DNA of 64,000 nucleotides from Octopus bimaculoides. Its lineage: Eukaryota. How positions within the stretch are numbered: the first letter of the stretch is position 1; every line of letters starts with the position of its first letter. Where the stretch lies: NCBI RefSeq assembly GCF_001194135.2, contig NC_068993.1, forward strand, positions 39,706,413 through 39,770,412, given 5' to 3'. The translations under genes were made by a program, and so were the position numbers. Below, piece by piece: positions 24,942 through 37,520 of the stretch. Under the pieces are notes generated by a model. The model saw nothing but the letters and a program-made list of their open reading frames with translations. It made no database searches and was not told the DNA's origin.

Positions 24942-25010
<69 letters not shown>
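24705..25010 (+). mobile_element. Dong/R4-like LINE extreme 3' end with (AAT)n tail
   Basis: VKGIPVGIRALGSIPLKLQAFLRQLEIPCKIDVLQKAIFL, then a frameshift to AHILRKVLSV* (stop at 24871-24873), a 69-nt 3' UTR and (AAT)n 24943-25010. This is the typical R4-clade C-terminus. Confidence 0.8.
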
Positions 25011-25011
<1 letters not shown>

Positions 25012-25180
25012 TATAAATTTCGCCATAAGGGCAACACGTTTGGGGGAAGGGGATGTGTCGATTACATCGATCCCAGCGTTCAACTGCTATTTGCTTTATC
25101 GATCCCGAAATGATGAAAGGTAAGTTCGACCTCGGCGGAATTTAAACTCAGAACGTATGCTGCCAAGTATTTCGTCCAAA
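25008..25180 (-). mobile_element. SINE family B copy
   Basis: GTCGATTACATCGATCCCAG...ATCGATCCCGAAATGATGAAAGG..TTCGACCTCGGCGGAATTTTAAACTCAG. Confidence 0.85.
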
Positions 25181-25189
25181 TAATGATAT

Positions 25190-25312
25190 TAATCATAATA
25201 ATAGTTCTAAGAATAGTAGTAACAGTATTGTTATCATCATTATCATTATTATTATTATTATTATCATTATTATTATTATTATTATTATTATTGTTAGTAG
25301 TAGTAGTAGTAT

Positions 25313-25386
<74 letters not shown>
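25190..25386. repeat. compound (ATT)/(AGT)/(AAT) microsatellite
   Basis: Visible tandem units. Confidence 0.95.
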
Positions 25387-26280
25387 GCCATCATTTTTAT
25401 GATTTGTTATTTCGATCACCTTTCCATGTCCCGCCTCGGAAACAGACGGTCTAACTGGGGGCATATTTTAATCACAAACAAACGGCATCACGTAAGATAA
25501 TTTTTTTTTGTATACTCCCCACTAACAAGTACATGAGAGCCGAGAGTTCGGGAACATATTTTTATAAAGTCCTTGATTGACTTCATGAACTGGCAACCCG
25601 ACAGATGAAGGAAAATATATGTTATCCTAATAAACTAGCCTCCTGTTCATTTCTGGCACCGTTTGGTATGCCACTAATGATGCAAAATCTACACCCATTG
25701 ACCGGAACTTTGTATTTCTATCAATGGGGGCTTCTGCCCCAATCTGTGTTCTAGCTGATTCCTAAAAATACGTTTTACGAAATTTCCCTGCAGGTGGATA
25801 AGGAATAAGTCTGCTGATTCGGGGTCAAAAACTAGGCCGTGGAAAAAATTTTACACACATACATACACACACATAGACAAGCGCCTATANNNNNNNNNNN
25901 NNNNNNNNNNNNNNNNNNNNNNNNNNNNNNNNNNNNNNNNNNNNNNNNNNNNNNNNNNNNNNNNNNNNNNNNNNNNNNNNNNNNNNNNNNNNNNNNNNNN
26001 NNNNNNNNNNNNNNNNNNNNNNNNNNNNNNNNNNNNNNNNNNNNNNNNNNNNNNNNNNNNNNNNNNNNNNNNNNNNNNNNNNNNNNNNNNNNNNNNNNNN
26101 NNNNNNNNNNNNNNNNNNNNNNNNNNNNNNNNNNNNNNNNNNNNNNNNNNNNNNNNNNNNNNNNNNNNNNNNNNNNNNNNNNNNNNNNNNNNNNNNNNNN
26201 NNNNNNNNNNNNNNNNNNNNNNNNNNNNNNNNNNNNNNNNNNNNNNNNNNNNNNNNNNNNNNNNNNNNNNNNNNNNNNNN

Positions 26281-26308
<28 letters not shown>

Positions 26309-26311
<3 letters not shown>

Positions 26312-26348
26312 GAGAATTTACGATAATAAACAACAGACGAGAACAGTT
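26309..26348. mobile_element. 5' fragment of the repeat at 37883
   Basis: (TA)n-TGGGAGAATTTACGATAATAAACAACAGACGAAGAACAG versus TGGGAGAATATACAAAAAATAACAACAGACGAGGACAG. Confidence 0.7.
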
Positions 26349-27376
26349 ATCGTATAATAAAAAATGCAGATCGAAGTATTTTGATATTATTTATTTTTCA
26401 TTACACGTGTTTCATTTTTCTCTGCCTGACGATTTTCAAACAAGAAATTCCTTACATATCTATCTAACATGTAAATCTTTGTAATTCCTATTAGCAAATG
26501 AAACACGTGCAATGGATAATTAATAATATCACACGCACACACACGGACGCACACGTGCACACAAGTATGCCTACATTGTTTGAAGTAGTGTACAACTTTA
26601 TATATGAAGAAAAGCACGGCAGTCGGTATTTGGCATAAAACTATTTATTATAATTGTTAATCTTATCTTCAAAGAAAACGTGATGACTCTTTCTAACTGA
26701 ATCAGCTAAGTCAGTGATTCCGTTCTGATTATTCTGAATTGTAATTATTTCAGTTCAATGATTATTGATGCATTTGGGAACAATGATGTTATCACAACCT
26801 CTCTTCATCAAACACCAAAATAATTTATATTTCTTGTATTCTCGAAAGATTTGCAATTCTTCTTCTGAAAACAGAAAGTATTATCAAAATTGGTAAGAAA
26901 AAAGGCCAATGAAAATGAAGGAAACAAGACAGACCAAGATAAATGTCAAAATTTACAAAGACAGAATTGTATCACAATTAAGATAAAAATATATCCTGTA
27001 ATAATAGGAATTCTAGTAGAATAGTAAAATTAAGATTAATTAACAGGGAACGATAAACAGGTAGATAAACAGAATGCTATATAGAGCGTTGCGTTACTCT
27101 AACTTTCCAAATACGGTATTAAGTACTAATTTAACTATTGGCGACACGTTTTTCATTCTCTTGCATTACACCCAAGTGTTTCCCATATAACTACACACAC
27201 GCGCAAGCACACACGCACACAGACATACACACATCACACGTACATACAAATGTATATGTGTATATTTACATATATATGTATATGTGTGTGTGTGTACATA
27301 CATATACACACACACTCAAACTTGTATGCATATGTGTGTGCGCGTGCACCCACACATGCATACACACACACACACG

Positions 27377-27408
<32 letters not shown>

Positions 27409-27518
27409 CAAATATATATAAATATTTCGTAGTTGCAGTGGAATATTAGCTCCCACACACATGCTAGCTCATACACAACTTAACCAAATGAATACATTAT
27501 TTCAACTTTAACAATATA

Positions 27519-27553
<35 letters not shown>

Positions 27554-28825
27554 CACACACACACACAAGCACCCATCATTTACAAAATATATATTAATTA
27601 AAATGTAAATGTATTATTGCCTTTATAAACATAAAACTGTTGCTGTATCACATTACTTAAACATATACACTTGAGTTGAACTTTTTTGGCAAAGGATTAA
27701 TTCAGAGATCATGTGGTAGGACTAAAATAATTAAAAACACACATTCTCTGTTATAGTCATTCCTACGGTGATATTATATATTGTAATATTAATATATATT
27801 ATTAGATATCATAATCATTCGTCTGTGGGTAGTGACCTCTGTCACTGCCTTATCACGTGACGATCCTTCCTGACACGAATCTAGGATTCAGTTGGCTCCG
27901 GGTAACAGTACTTGGTATGGGCTCATGTCTACAGTTACTTATTTCCAGCTGGAGACAGCCTTTTTTGCCTTGTGGGACAAAGTTTTATGTGGGACAAATT
28001 CAGGTGGGAGCCTCATTGCTTACAAGGCTGGATTTCATTCGGATTTTTAATTTGTTTAGACTGAAATTACAAGGATTCTGGTCCATCTTGCTAAGGGATT
28101 CAATGTGCTGCAGTAGTCGAGAATCGCAGCAAGGACTAGAAGTAGTGAGTCAAATACCGCAACCCCTAACTCGAAGTGGTACCAATTATACAGCAGCTGT
28201 ATATTTATTTTGACCACACTATGAGACTAAGTGGAGGATTCTGATATCCAAGCTGAGTGTCTTGGAGATATCATCTCAATTCCATTGTAAAAAGCAGCGC
28301 TTACAGCACGATAAGTGGTCATCCTTCGCATTTGAGGCTACAGCGCAAATACTGATTGATGCTAAAAGATTGGAAGATTAAAATGACTTTTGTCGCGCAT
28401 CTATAACGCGGGTGTTGATACAACAGGCAAGAAGAAGTGGGTAGATATCTTCCCTAACATTTAATCGATACGCTTGTATCATAAAAGACGTGTCTACACG
28501 GTCGCACAGCCTATACAAAATAAAAAGTCAGCAGTAAAATGTTTCTGAAAGGACTGTGTGTTGAGCTAAAAACAGTAAAAGCTATATTGAATAACGTTGT
28601 CTGAAAGAAAATATGTCAAAAAAAAAAAAAGAAACGAAACAATAGAAGGATTGTGAGACAGAGAATGCCATTGATCAAATATACTTGATCAGGGATGGCA
28701 TGAAGAACTATAAAAATATAGATATTTTCCCTTCACAAATATAGATATCTGTGAAGGGAATTTTATAGTAATGTATTTTATTACAATGGATTATTAGAAT
28801 TTGATGGAATGTCAGTGCACAGTGC

Positions 28826-29230
28826 CTCGCGGTATTTTTTCTGGTTCTTACATTCTGAGTTCAATCTCAGCCGCAATCGAATTTGCCTTTCATTCCTCCA
28901 GGATCGAGAATAATAAATTAGCACTCAAACAGTTGTGATGTAATGGTGGTGGGTAGTGGAGGGTGATGGTGTCAATTAACATCCTCCACTGGTCTTGTTC
29001 TTAAATCAGAAACCACTAATAGTGAATAATTCTTTCTAATTTTAGCGCAAAGCCAGTAATTTTGAAGGAGAAAGTGAAGTCGTGCTCAGCGGGTATTGAT
29101 TTTATTGATTCTGAAAGAATGAAAGGCAAAGTAAACCTCTGAAATATTTGTACTGAGAAAGTAAGGATCCGGAACAAACAGTACAAACCATTCTGTCCGA
29201 CGAGGCAACGATTCTGCTCGCTCAGCGCCT
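28826..29230. mobile_element. two diverged SINE family B copies in tail-to-tail inverted orientation
   Basis: The + copy has TTCTGAGTTCAATCTC..TTTGCCTTTCATTCC; the - copy has GAAAGAATGAAAGGCAAAGTAAACCTC...ACGATTCTGCTCGCTCAGCGCC. Confidence 0.7.
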
Positions 29231-29461
29231 ACATTAATCCAAAGTAATAACAGCGAATGTGAAAATAACTTTGTATATTTGTATATAATGGATAATATAT
29301 ATGTATATAATACAAAATAACTTTGCATATATGTAATGGATGCGGAGATTCGAACAACATCAGCAATTGTTCGAAGACTAATGCTATGGTAATACAAAAT
29401 TATATTCTACTTCCAAAGATGCACATACATATACACTCTTTGGCTCATATACACCCGTGTT

Positions 29462-29543
<82 letters not shown>

Positions 29544-29558
29544 ATCTATCTATCTATC
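29462..29558. repeat. (TATC)n microsatellite
   Basis: Visible tandem units. Confidence 0.95.
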
Positions 29559-29728
29559 AACATTGGACTACCCGTGACCCATAGGGTCACCGGGGAACTC
29601 TGAGTTTCCCAGCAACGGAGTTTTGTTTCGTGGATTTTTTCTTTTCCATGTTATTTCGCATTCTTTCAACGAATGTGACGTCGAAATCACGCGTAAATGG
29701 TTCCTTTCCTCAGAAAAGGAAAGGTTTA

Positions 29729-29829
29729 GCTACTATTTCTTGCACGCCCTGCTACCACGTAACAGGTATTTCGGGTCCTTTATCACAAATAGCTGTTACG
29801 TGGTAGCAGGGCGTGCTAGAAATAGCAGC
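29729..29829. repeat. near-perfect inverted repeat (43-bp arms, 15-nt loop)
   Basis: GCTACTATTTCTTGCACGCCCTGCTACCACGTAACAGGTATTT pairs with AAATAGCTGTTACGTGGTAGCAGGGCGTGCTAGAAATAGCAGC, with 3 mismatches. Confidence 0.95.
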
Positions 29830-29928
29830 CAGGCTACGAACGGGTTTTTTATGAAATATTTACCGTATTTTTAGTCATTTTCACTATAAAATATTTAAAA
29901 ATATGCTATAAATATTTTTTTTAATGGT

Positions 29929-30111
29929 ATTCACTTCAAAATAATATTTTAAAATGTTAAAATATTGTCTGTTTAAAGAAGACTAAAATGTAAACACTAA
30001 CTGTAAAAAACAGCTTACATTTTCGAAATCACATTCACTTAAAAAATATTTCTAGTTGATTAAAATATTGTGTTTAACAAAAGCAAAAATAGAAACATTT
30101 ACTGTAAAACA
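29929..30111. repeat. two diverged tandem copies of a roughly 104-bp AT-rich unit
   Basis: ATTCACTT..AAAATATTGT..TTTAA..ACTGTAAAA is repeated at 29929 and 30033. Confidence 0.7.
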
Positions 30112-31400
30112 TTCGTATTTTTTCATTGTCAAGTCACTGTGTCTAATAGAAAGATAGCATCCTTTCGGGATGAAGATTATTTTCGGAATATTTGCCCATT
30201 ATGTACCAGTTTGCCTGGGTAACATTGGAAGCAAGTATGATTCAAACTGACCTTCAGTGTATTATAGATATATGTATATACATGTATAAGTATGCATTTA
30301 TATATATATATAGAAATATATATATATAAGTATATACCCACCATCTCACACGCATGTATGTACATATAAATATGTATATTTATAATGTATATAATATATN
30401 NNNNNNNNNNNNNNNNNNNNNNNNNNNNNNNNNNNNNNNNNNNNNNNNNNNNNNNNNNNNNNNNNNNNNNNNNNNNNNNNNNNNNNNNNNNNNNNNNNNN
30501 NNNNNNNNNNNNNNNNNNNNNNNNNNNNNNNNNNNNNNNNNNNNNNNNNNNNNNNNNNNNNNNNNNNNNNNNNNNNNNNNNNNNNNNNNNNNNNNNNNNN
30601 NNNNNNNNNNNNNNNNNNNNNNNNNNNNNNNNNNNNNNNNNNNNNNNNNNNNNNNNNNNNNNNNNNNNNNNNNNNNNNNNNNNNNNNNNNNNNNNNNNNN
30701 NNNNNNNNNNNNNNNNNNNNNNNNNNNNNNNNNNNNNNNNNNNNNNNNNNNNNNNNNNNNNNNNNNNNNNNNNNNNNNNNNNNNNNNNNNNNNNNNNNNN
30801 NNNNNNNNNNNNNNNNNNNNNNNNNNNNNNNNNNNNNNNNNNNNNNNNNNNNNNNNNNNNNNNNNNNNNNNNNNNNNNNNNNNNNNNNNNNNNNNNNNNN
30901 NNNNNNNNNNNNNNNNNNNNNNNNNNNNNNNNNNNNNNNNNNNNNNNNNNNNNNNNNNNNNNNNNNNNNNNNNNNNNNNNNNNNNNNNNNNNNNNNNNNN
31001 NNNNNNNNNNNNNNNNNNNCAAGTACAAAACGAGTTTTGGTTTCATATATTCTATATTTAATTAAATTTTCTTGTAAAACTAATATTTGAACAAAGAATA
31101 AATCTATATGTCACTTTAAATTTAGCTTTACTAAGTAGTCTACATCTCTTTCGCTTCTTTAGACCATTTCTTTGCCCTTCTTTTGAAGCAATCAGCCTAT
31201 AGCATCGACTTCCCAATTAATAAGAAAACCAATACACAAAAGATGAATTCCTAATTCGTCCTTCCAAAGCAAATCCTCGGAACCCTTGTGCTCTCGGCCC
31301 AATTCTATTTTACGTTATAAAGATGTGTCCCTGTTTATGTGTGTTTGTGTGTGTGTGTGTGTGTGTGCGCGCGTGCGTGTGTTGTATCTGTGTGTATATA

Positions 31401-31785
31401 TCTTTTATTTTTTACTTGTCTCAGTCATTTGATTGTGGCCATGTTGAAGCACCACCTTGAAGGGATTTAGTGAAAAAATTGACCCCCTGGACATTTCTAA
31501 GGGTGGTACTACTCTATCGGTCATTTATCCCGAACCGCTATGTTACAGGGAAATAAATACACCAACACTGGTCAAGCTGTGGTCGGAGGACAAACACAGC
31601 TGCAGAAACACATCCCTCAGTATATACACATGTATATATACGCCGGGTTTCTTTAAGTTTCCATCTACCAAATTCACTCACAAGGCTTTGTAGTAGAAGT
31701 CACTTGTGCAAGGTGCCACGCAATATGACCAAATCCAGAACCATGTTTATGGGAACCAACCACCTCTCCACACAGCCTCGCCTGC
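31401..31785 (-). mobile_element. diverged full-length SINE family A
   Basis: Same module order as 15681-16076. Confidence 0.85.
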
Positions 31786-33590
31786 AGTAAAGTGGAGGAT
31801 TTGATTATGTTCCATATTTTCGACATCAAGATTATGACATAGCGAAGATTATACACTCGCAGTGAAACTAAGGACCTCTACAGTATAATATATGAAATAT
31901 CAAGCGTCCCATCTACCACCATTAATGTATCGCACCTTCAATTTTATTTAAGTGATAGCCCACATAACAAGACTTAATTAACATTATAATTCTAGCCCTG
32001 GAAGCAAGAGAAAATATTGCGGAATAGTAACTTATGCTTTTTGTTTTCCCTGTACATTAATATATGAATCATTCCTGCAAATTCATGTACCAAGTAACAG
32101 GGGCGATATTATGATTGAATTTGTAAAGTCCGATTTCCAAAAATGATCCCCAAAGCAATTTCTGTAAATTTTTATTTGCCATTAAGCAAAGAATTTCAAT
32201 TTATTTCTCTTTATTGTTGGCTGTTTTAGTGCCTTAACACTTCTCTTTCGTAAAATGATATCAAATTTAAGGTGAAACACATTACTATTGATAATNNNNN
32301 NNNNNNNNNNNNNNNNNNNNNNNNNNNNNNNNNNNNNNNNNNNNNNNNNNNNNNNNNNNNNNNNNNNNNNNNNNNNNNNNNNNNNNNNNNNNNNNNNNNN
32401 NNNNNNNNNNNNNNNNNNNNNNNNNNNNNNNNNNNNNNNNNNNNNNNNNNNNNNNNNNNNNNNNNNNNNNNNNNNNNNNNNNNNNNNNNNNNNNNNNNNN
32501 NNNNNNNNNNNNNNNNNNNNNNNNNNNNNNNNNNNNNNNNNNNNNNNNNNNNNNNNNNNNNNNNNNNNNNNNNNNNNNNNNNNNNNNNNNNNNNNNNNNN
32601 NNNNNNNNNNNNNNNNNNNNNNNNNNNNNNNNNNNNNNNNNNNNNNNNNNNNNNNNNNNNNNNNNNNNNNNNNNNNNNNNNNNNNNNNNNNNNNNNNNNN
32701 NNNNNNNNNNNNNNNNNNNNNNNNNNNNNNNNNNNNNNNNNNNNNNNNNNNNNNNNNNNNNNNNNNNNNNNNNNNNNNNNNNNNNNNNNNNNNNNNNNNN
32801 NNNNNNNNNNNNNNNNNNNNNNATTTTTTTTTTTTTTTTTTTTGAGGTTATTTCTATTCCTACTAATGTTGACATTTGGTAAAAATTGTTTAAAATCAAA
32901 GAAAGAGATTGATAATATTTCTGCTGAATTTTCTTGTTTTTGCTTCAGATTCTAGTTTGAAATTAATATTCTTCAATCCGTTTTGATGGGTGTCATTTTC
33001 GTTTTCTTCGTCTGCTTTTGTTGGTCGGCTATTGGAGGTTCGTTTCCATTAAAGTGCCGTTTTCATGGATGGTTTAGGAAGCTGCGCCAGTAAATGCGAG
33101 ATATGAAATCTGGAAGTCATTCCCAATATGGAAAATACTGAAAATATTAAATTACAAGAAAAAAGAAGGGGCGAGAGCACTGCATATTTAATCATTCATT
33201 CGTCTAAGACCATCAACATATTACGGCTTATCGGAATAATTATTTCTTACATACGTATTTATATGTGTTCTTACATATAATCTACACATATGTGCACATA
33301 TGTACGCAAACTCATAAATATATAGAAACGCTCACGTATGTACTCAAACACCGCACACACAAAAACGCACACACATATTTATACATCCATACACACAAAC
33401 CTTCACATATATATGTATGTGTATATGTATATATATGCATATACATATATATATATATGTATGTATATATATGTACATGTATATATGTATGTATGTATTA
33501 TGTATGTATGTATGTATACACACACGCATACACTTACATGCACACACAAAAACATGCACAAATATATTCCGTCATTCAGACATTACATGT

Positions 33591-33629
<39 letters not shown>

Positions 33630-33639
33630 NNNNNNNNNN

Positions 33640-33677
<38 letters not shown>

Positions 33678-34933
33678 GTGTGGGTGCGTGTGTGTGTGAA
33701 TGTGTATGTGTGTGTGTGTGGACGTATGTACGTATGTATAGAAAGACAATACTAAATAAAATACATACGTAAATATGTGTGGGCGTGAGTATATATATGC
33801 ACAAGATCCTAAAAGAAATAAATAAATAATATATATTATGTATGTGTGTACGTATTATGAACTTATTCATGTGTATGTATGTATAGATTTATGCATAGAT
33901 ATTTAATTACATCGTATAAATAATCATAGATTTATATATAATTTGTAAGATTCTGAATATTTTTGTATGAATCTACGTTCTTAATTATATGGTTGCTTTA
34001 ACACTTGTTAGCGTGTGTACGTGTGTGTGTGTGTATGAATATATGTCTATATGTCAATATATATATATATATATATATANNNNNNNNNNNNNNNNNNNNN
34101 NNNNNNNNNNNNNNNNNNNNNNNNNNNNNNNNNNNNNNNNNNNNNNNNNNNNNNNNNNNNNNNNNNNNNNNNNNNNNNNNNNNNNNNNNNNNNNNNNNNN
34201 NNNNNNNNNNNNNNNNNNNNNNNNNNNNNNNNNNNNNNNNNNNNNNNNNNNNNNNNNNNNNNNNNNNNNNNNNNNNNNNNNNNNNNNNNNNNNNNNNNNN
34301 NNNNNNNNNNNNNNNNNNNNNNNNNNNNNNNNNNNNNNNNNNNNNNNNNNNNNNNNNNNNNNNNNNNNNNNNNNNNNNNNNNNNNNNNNNNNNNNNNNNN
34401 NNNNNNNNNNNNNNNNNNNNNNNNNNNNNNNNNNNNNNNNNNNNNNNNNNNNNNNNNNNNNNNNNNNNNNNNNNNNNNNNNNNNNNNNNNNNNNNNNNNN
34501 NNNNNNNNNNNNNNNNNNNNNNNNNNNNNNNNNNNNNNNNNNNNNNNNNNNNNNNNNNNNNNNNNNNNNNNNNNNNNNNNNNNNNNNNNNNNNNNNNNNN
34601 NNNNNNNNNNNNNNNNNNNNNNNNNNNNNNNNNNNNNNNNNNNNNNNNNNNNNNNNNNNNNNNNNNNNNNNNNNNNNNNNNNNNNNNNNNNNNNNNNNNN
34701 NNNNNNNNNNNNNNNNNNNNNNNNNNNNNNNNNNNNNNNNNNNNNNNNNNNNNNNNNNNNNNNNNNNNNNNNNNNNNNNNNNNNNNNNNNNNNNNNNNNN
34801 NNNNNNNNNNNNNNNNNNNNNNNNNNNNNNNNNNNNNNNNNNNNNNNNNNNNNNNNNNNNNNNNNNNNNNNNNNNNNNNNNNNNNNNNNNNNNNNNNNNN
34901 NNNNNNNNNNNNNNNNNNNNNNNNNNNATATAG

Positions 34934-35119
34934 ACTAAAACAGAGAAAAGTGGTATTTTAGACCTGCAAACGAAAAGGTTTCCGTGTTCAGGCCCACTGC
35001 GTGGGATCTAAAGCAAGTGCAAGCGTCTTCCACCATAGCCTAGTGTCTTCCATGCAGTGGGCCTGGACACGGAACCTTTTCTCCTGCAAGTCTAAAATAC
35101 CAGTTTTCTCTGTTTTAGT
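34934..35119. repeat. fold-back inverted repeat, about 73-bp arms at about 88% identity, 41-nt loop
   Basis: ACTAAAACAGAGAAAAGTGGTATTTTAGACCTGCAAACGAAAAGGTTTCCGTGTTCAGGCCCACTGCGTGGGA (34934-35006) versus the reverse complement of 35048-35119; 9 differences counted by eye. Confidence 0.95.
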
Positions 35120-35330
35120 ATTCTATCTCGCTAAACTATATTTGGTTTACCAAATTTGTCATATCAAAAATATAAACCAGAATATTTGAGAAGCAATTCC
35201 GAAGTAGTTCACCGATATAAAAATATGATGTATAACTTTCATCCTTTATACTGTTTCAGACATTGGATTGCAGCTACGCCAGGAAGCCACTTAGAATGGT
35301 CTGAGTCGAACCAATCAACCTCAATACTTA

Positions 35331-35900
35331 CTGTGAGGAGTCAAATGTTTTGCCATATTTTAATAACTTATTTGTTTTATTCGTCAAATTTACTACAAAA
35401 GCCGGCTAGCATTGAAAGGAGAGGCTATCGTATTGCACCGTCTGAAGCCAGTTTTCTGCCAATTCTATGATCCCTCGCTGATACCAGTTCTTGCCCTTCG
35501 TTGCAAAGAACTCCTTCACCTAAGCTTCCACCTCCAATTGGTTGATGAGTCGTTGCAAGCGAAGGAAGTGAGTCATGGATCGGAATGAGTAATAATCAGA
35601 GGGAGCTGAGAGTAGCATCATTCGATTTCCTGAAGTTCCTGGAGTTTATTCTAGGTTGTTCGAGTGGTATGAAATCTTGCGTTTTCTTGCTGCAGAAGAG
35701 CTCCCTTTCAGTTAACCAATGTCGGCTGTCGTGCCGCCTAACGGCATATATCTGCTCCAGCTATTTGGAGCACAGATTGGCATCGATGTTCGATCATCTG
35801 GTACGCATTCGCACTGAATTATCCCCTCACAATTCCATCAGATGCTGAGCATAACCTTGTATTCATATCACCCCATGCCTGGCGATAGGTTCCACAAGTT
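35331..35900 (-). mobile_element. Tc1/mariner transposase relic (catalytic-domain C-terminal half) with 3' TIR
   Basis: KVMLSI*WN.EGII; RTIDANL.SK*LEQIY; LLQQENARFHTTRTT*NKLQEL; PSDYYSFRSMTHFL...VKEFFATKGKNWYQRGIIELAENWLQTVQYD. A TA-flanked TIR-like end lies at 35331. Confidence 0.9.
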
Positions 35901-36664
35901 ATCCGTTGTTTAACCACTGATTAGGCACGTTAGGACTGCGGGGAAAACATCTCCCTTAGATTAGTCTTATTGGACGTTTATGAAGGTACGTGGCCTAGCA
36001 GTTAGGGCGATGCATCATATATCATTTTCCTGAATTTTTACAGGCAGATAGTTGCATTACTCATGATATATAAGTTTGCACCACATGGAAGATGCACGTA
36101 AAAAATAATTCTTTAACAAACATTCCACTCACCTTTCAGTGCATATATAGGTCCTTACGAACCAAGTCAGGACAATCACTTTATAACCCCTAAAAGAACT
36201 TTTATTTCACAAAGCAAATATAAAAACAGCAAACAGGGCTAAACACTTCATGAGAAACGTAAATACTGCAGTATAAATAACCTTTTGTTTGGCTACAGAA
36301 GCATTCATTTAAAATATAATCTTCAGACAGAAACAAAGCGGAATTATAGAAAAACAAATGTTTTCAGTTAGTTTGTATTTGCGTTTTCTGAACTGTTTTT
36401 GATGATTTTGTTTATGTTATTATTTTTGTGAGAGTTTTTTTTTTTCGCTACTGTTTCTTTCATGAAATGCAATGAAAGAATGTTTATAAATGAGTGAAAA
36501 ATATTTTGCAATTCGCATACTTTTCTAGTTGTTAATAAAGAAACCCACATACACATATCCATAGAAACAACAGCAATATTAACAAGCATATCACCAGCAC
36601 ATCACCCATGAAGAACACCTTCCACTACCATTTTCTAATAATAATAATGACAATATTAATAGTA

Positions 36665-37175
36665 CAATAATAAAGCTTTGACACAAAGCCAACAATTTTG
36701 GAGTAGAGGGTTAGTCGACTACATCGATCTGAGTGTTTAACTGGTACTTATTTTATCGCTCCCGAAAGGATGAAAGGCAAAGCAGACATCGGTGGATCGA
36801 AATGCCGATAAGTATTATGTCCGGTGTGCTAACGAATTTTTCAGTTCGCCGTCTTTTTCTTTTATCCTTTTAATGGCTTCAGTTAATGGACTGCAGCTAT
36901 ACTGGAATGTTAATAACAATGATAATGATGATGATGATGATAATAATAATAATAATAATCCTTTGTATTGGAAGCATAAGGCTTCAAATTTCGTTAGTGG
37001 GGGATTAAGTCGATTATATCGACTCCAGCACGTAACTGGTACTAATTTTATCGACTTCGACAGGATGAAAGGCAAAGTCGACCTCGGAAGATTCGAACTC
37101 AAAAACCTAACGTCTGACGAAATAGTGCTAAGCATTTCGCCCGGCATGCTAACGATTCTGCCAGCTTACCGCCTT
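36665..37175 (-). mobile_element. two tandem SINE family B copies (36665-36855, 36955-37175) separated by AAT/GAT repeats
   Basis: Family motif in both copies; the second is full length, ending GCCAGCTTACCGCCTT. Confidence 0.9.
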
Positions 37176-37250
37176 AATAAAATACTAGTAATAATAATAA
37201 TAATAATCATATTAATAACAACAATTTTAATAATAGCGATAGCAACAACA

Positions 37251-37290
<40 letters not shown>

Positions 37291-37338
37291 CGACGACGAT
37301 GATGATTATGATGATGATGATGATGATGGTGATGATGG

Positions 37339-37387
<49 letters not shown>

Positions 37388-37520
37388 GGTGATGACGATG
37401 ATGATGGTGATGATGATGATGGTGATGATGATGATGATGATGATAATGACGACGACGATGTCGATGACATTGACGTAGACGACGGTGACGAAGACGACGG
37501 TGACGACGATGATGACGATA
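37176..37520. repeat. compound (AAT)/(GAC)/(GAT/GGT) microsatellite
   Basis: Visible tandem units. Confidence 0.95.

Noticed and set aside
32930-33040. Strong splice acceptor at 32948
   Set aside because: All three frames stop within about 40 nt and there is no good donor; a lone acceptor motif is weak evidence.
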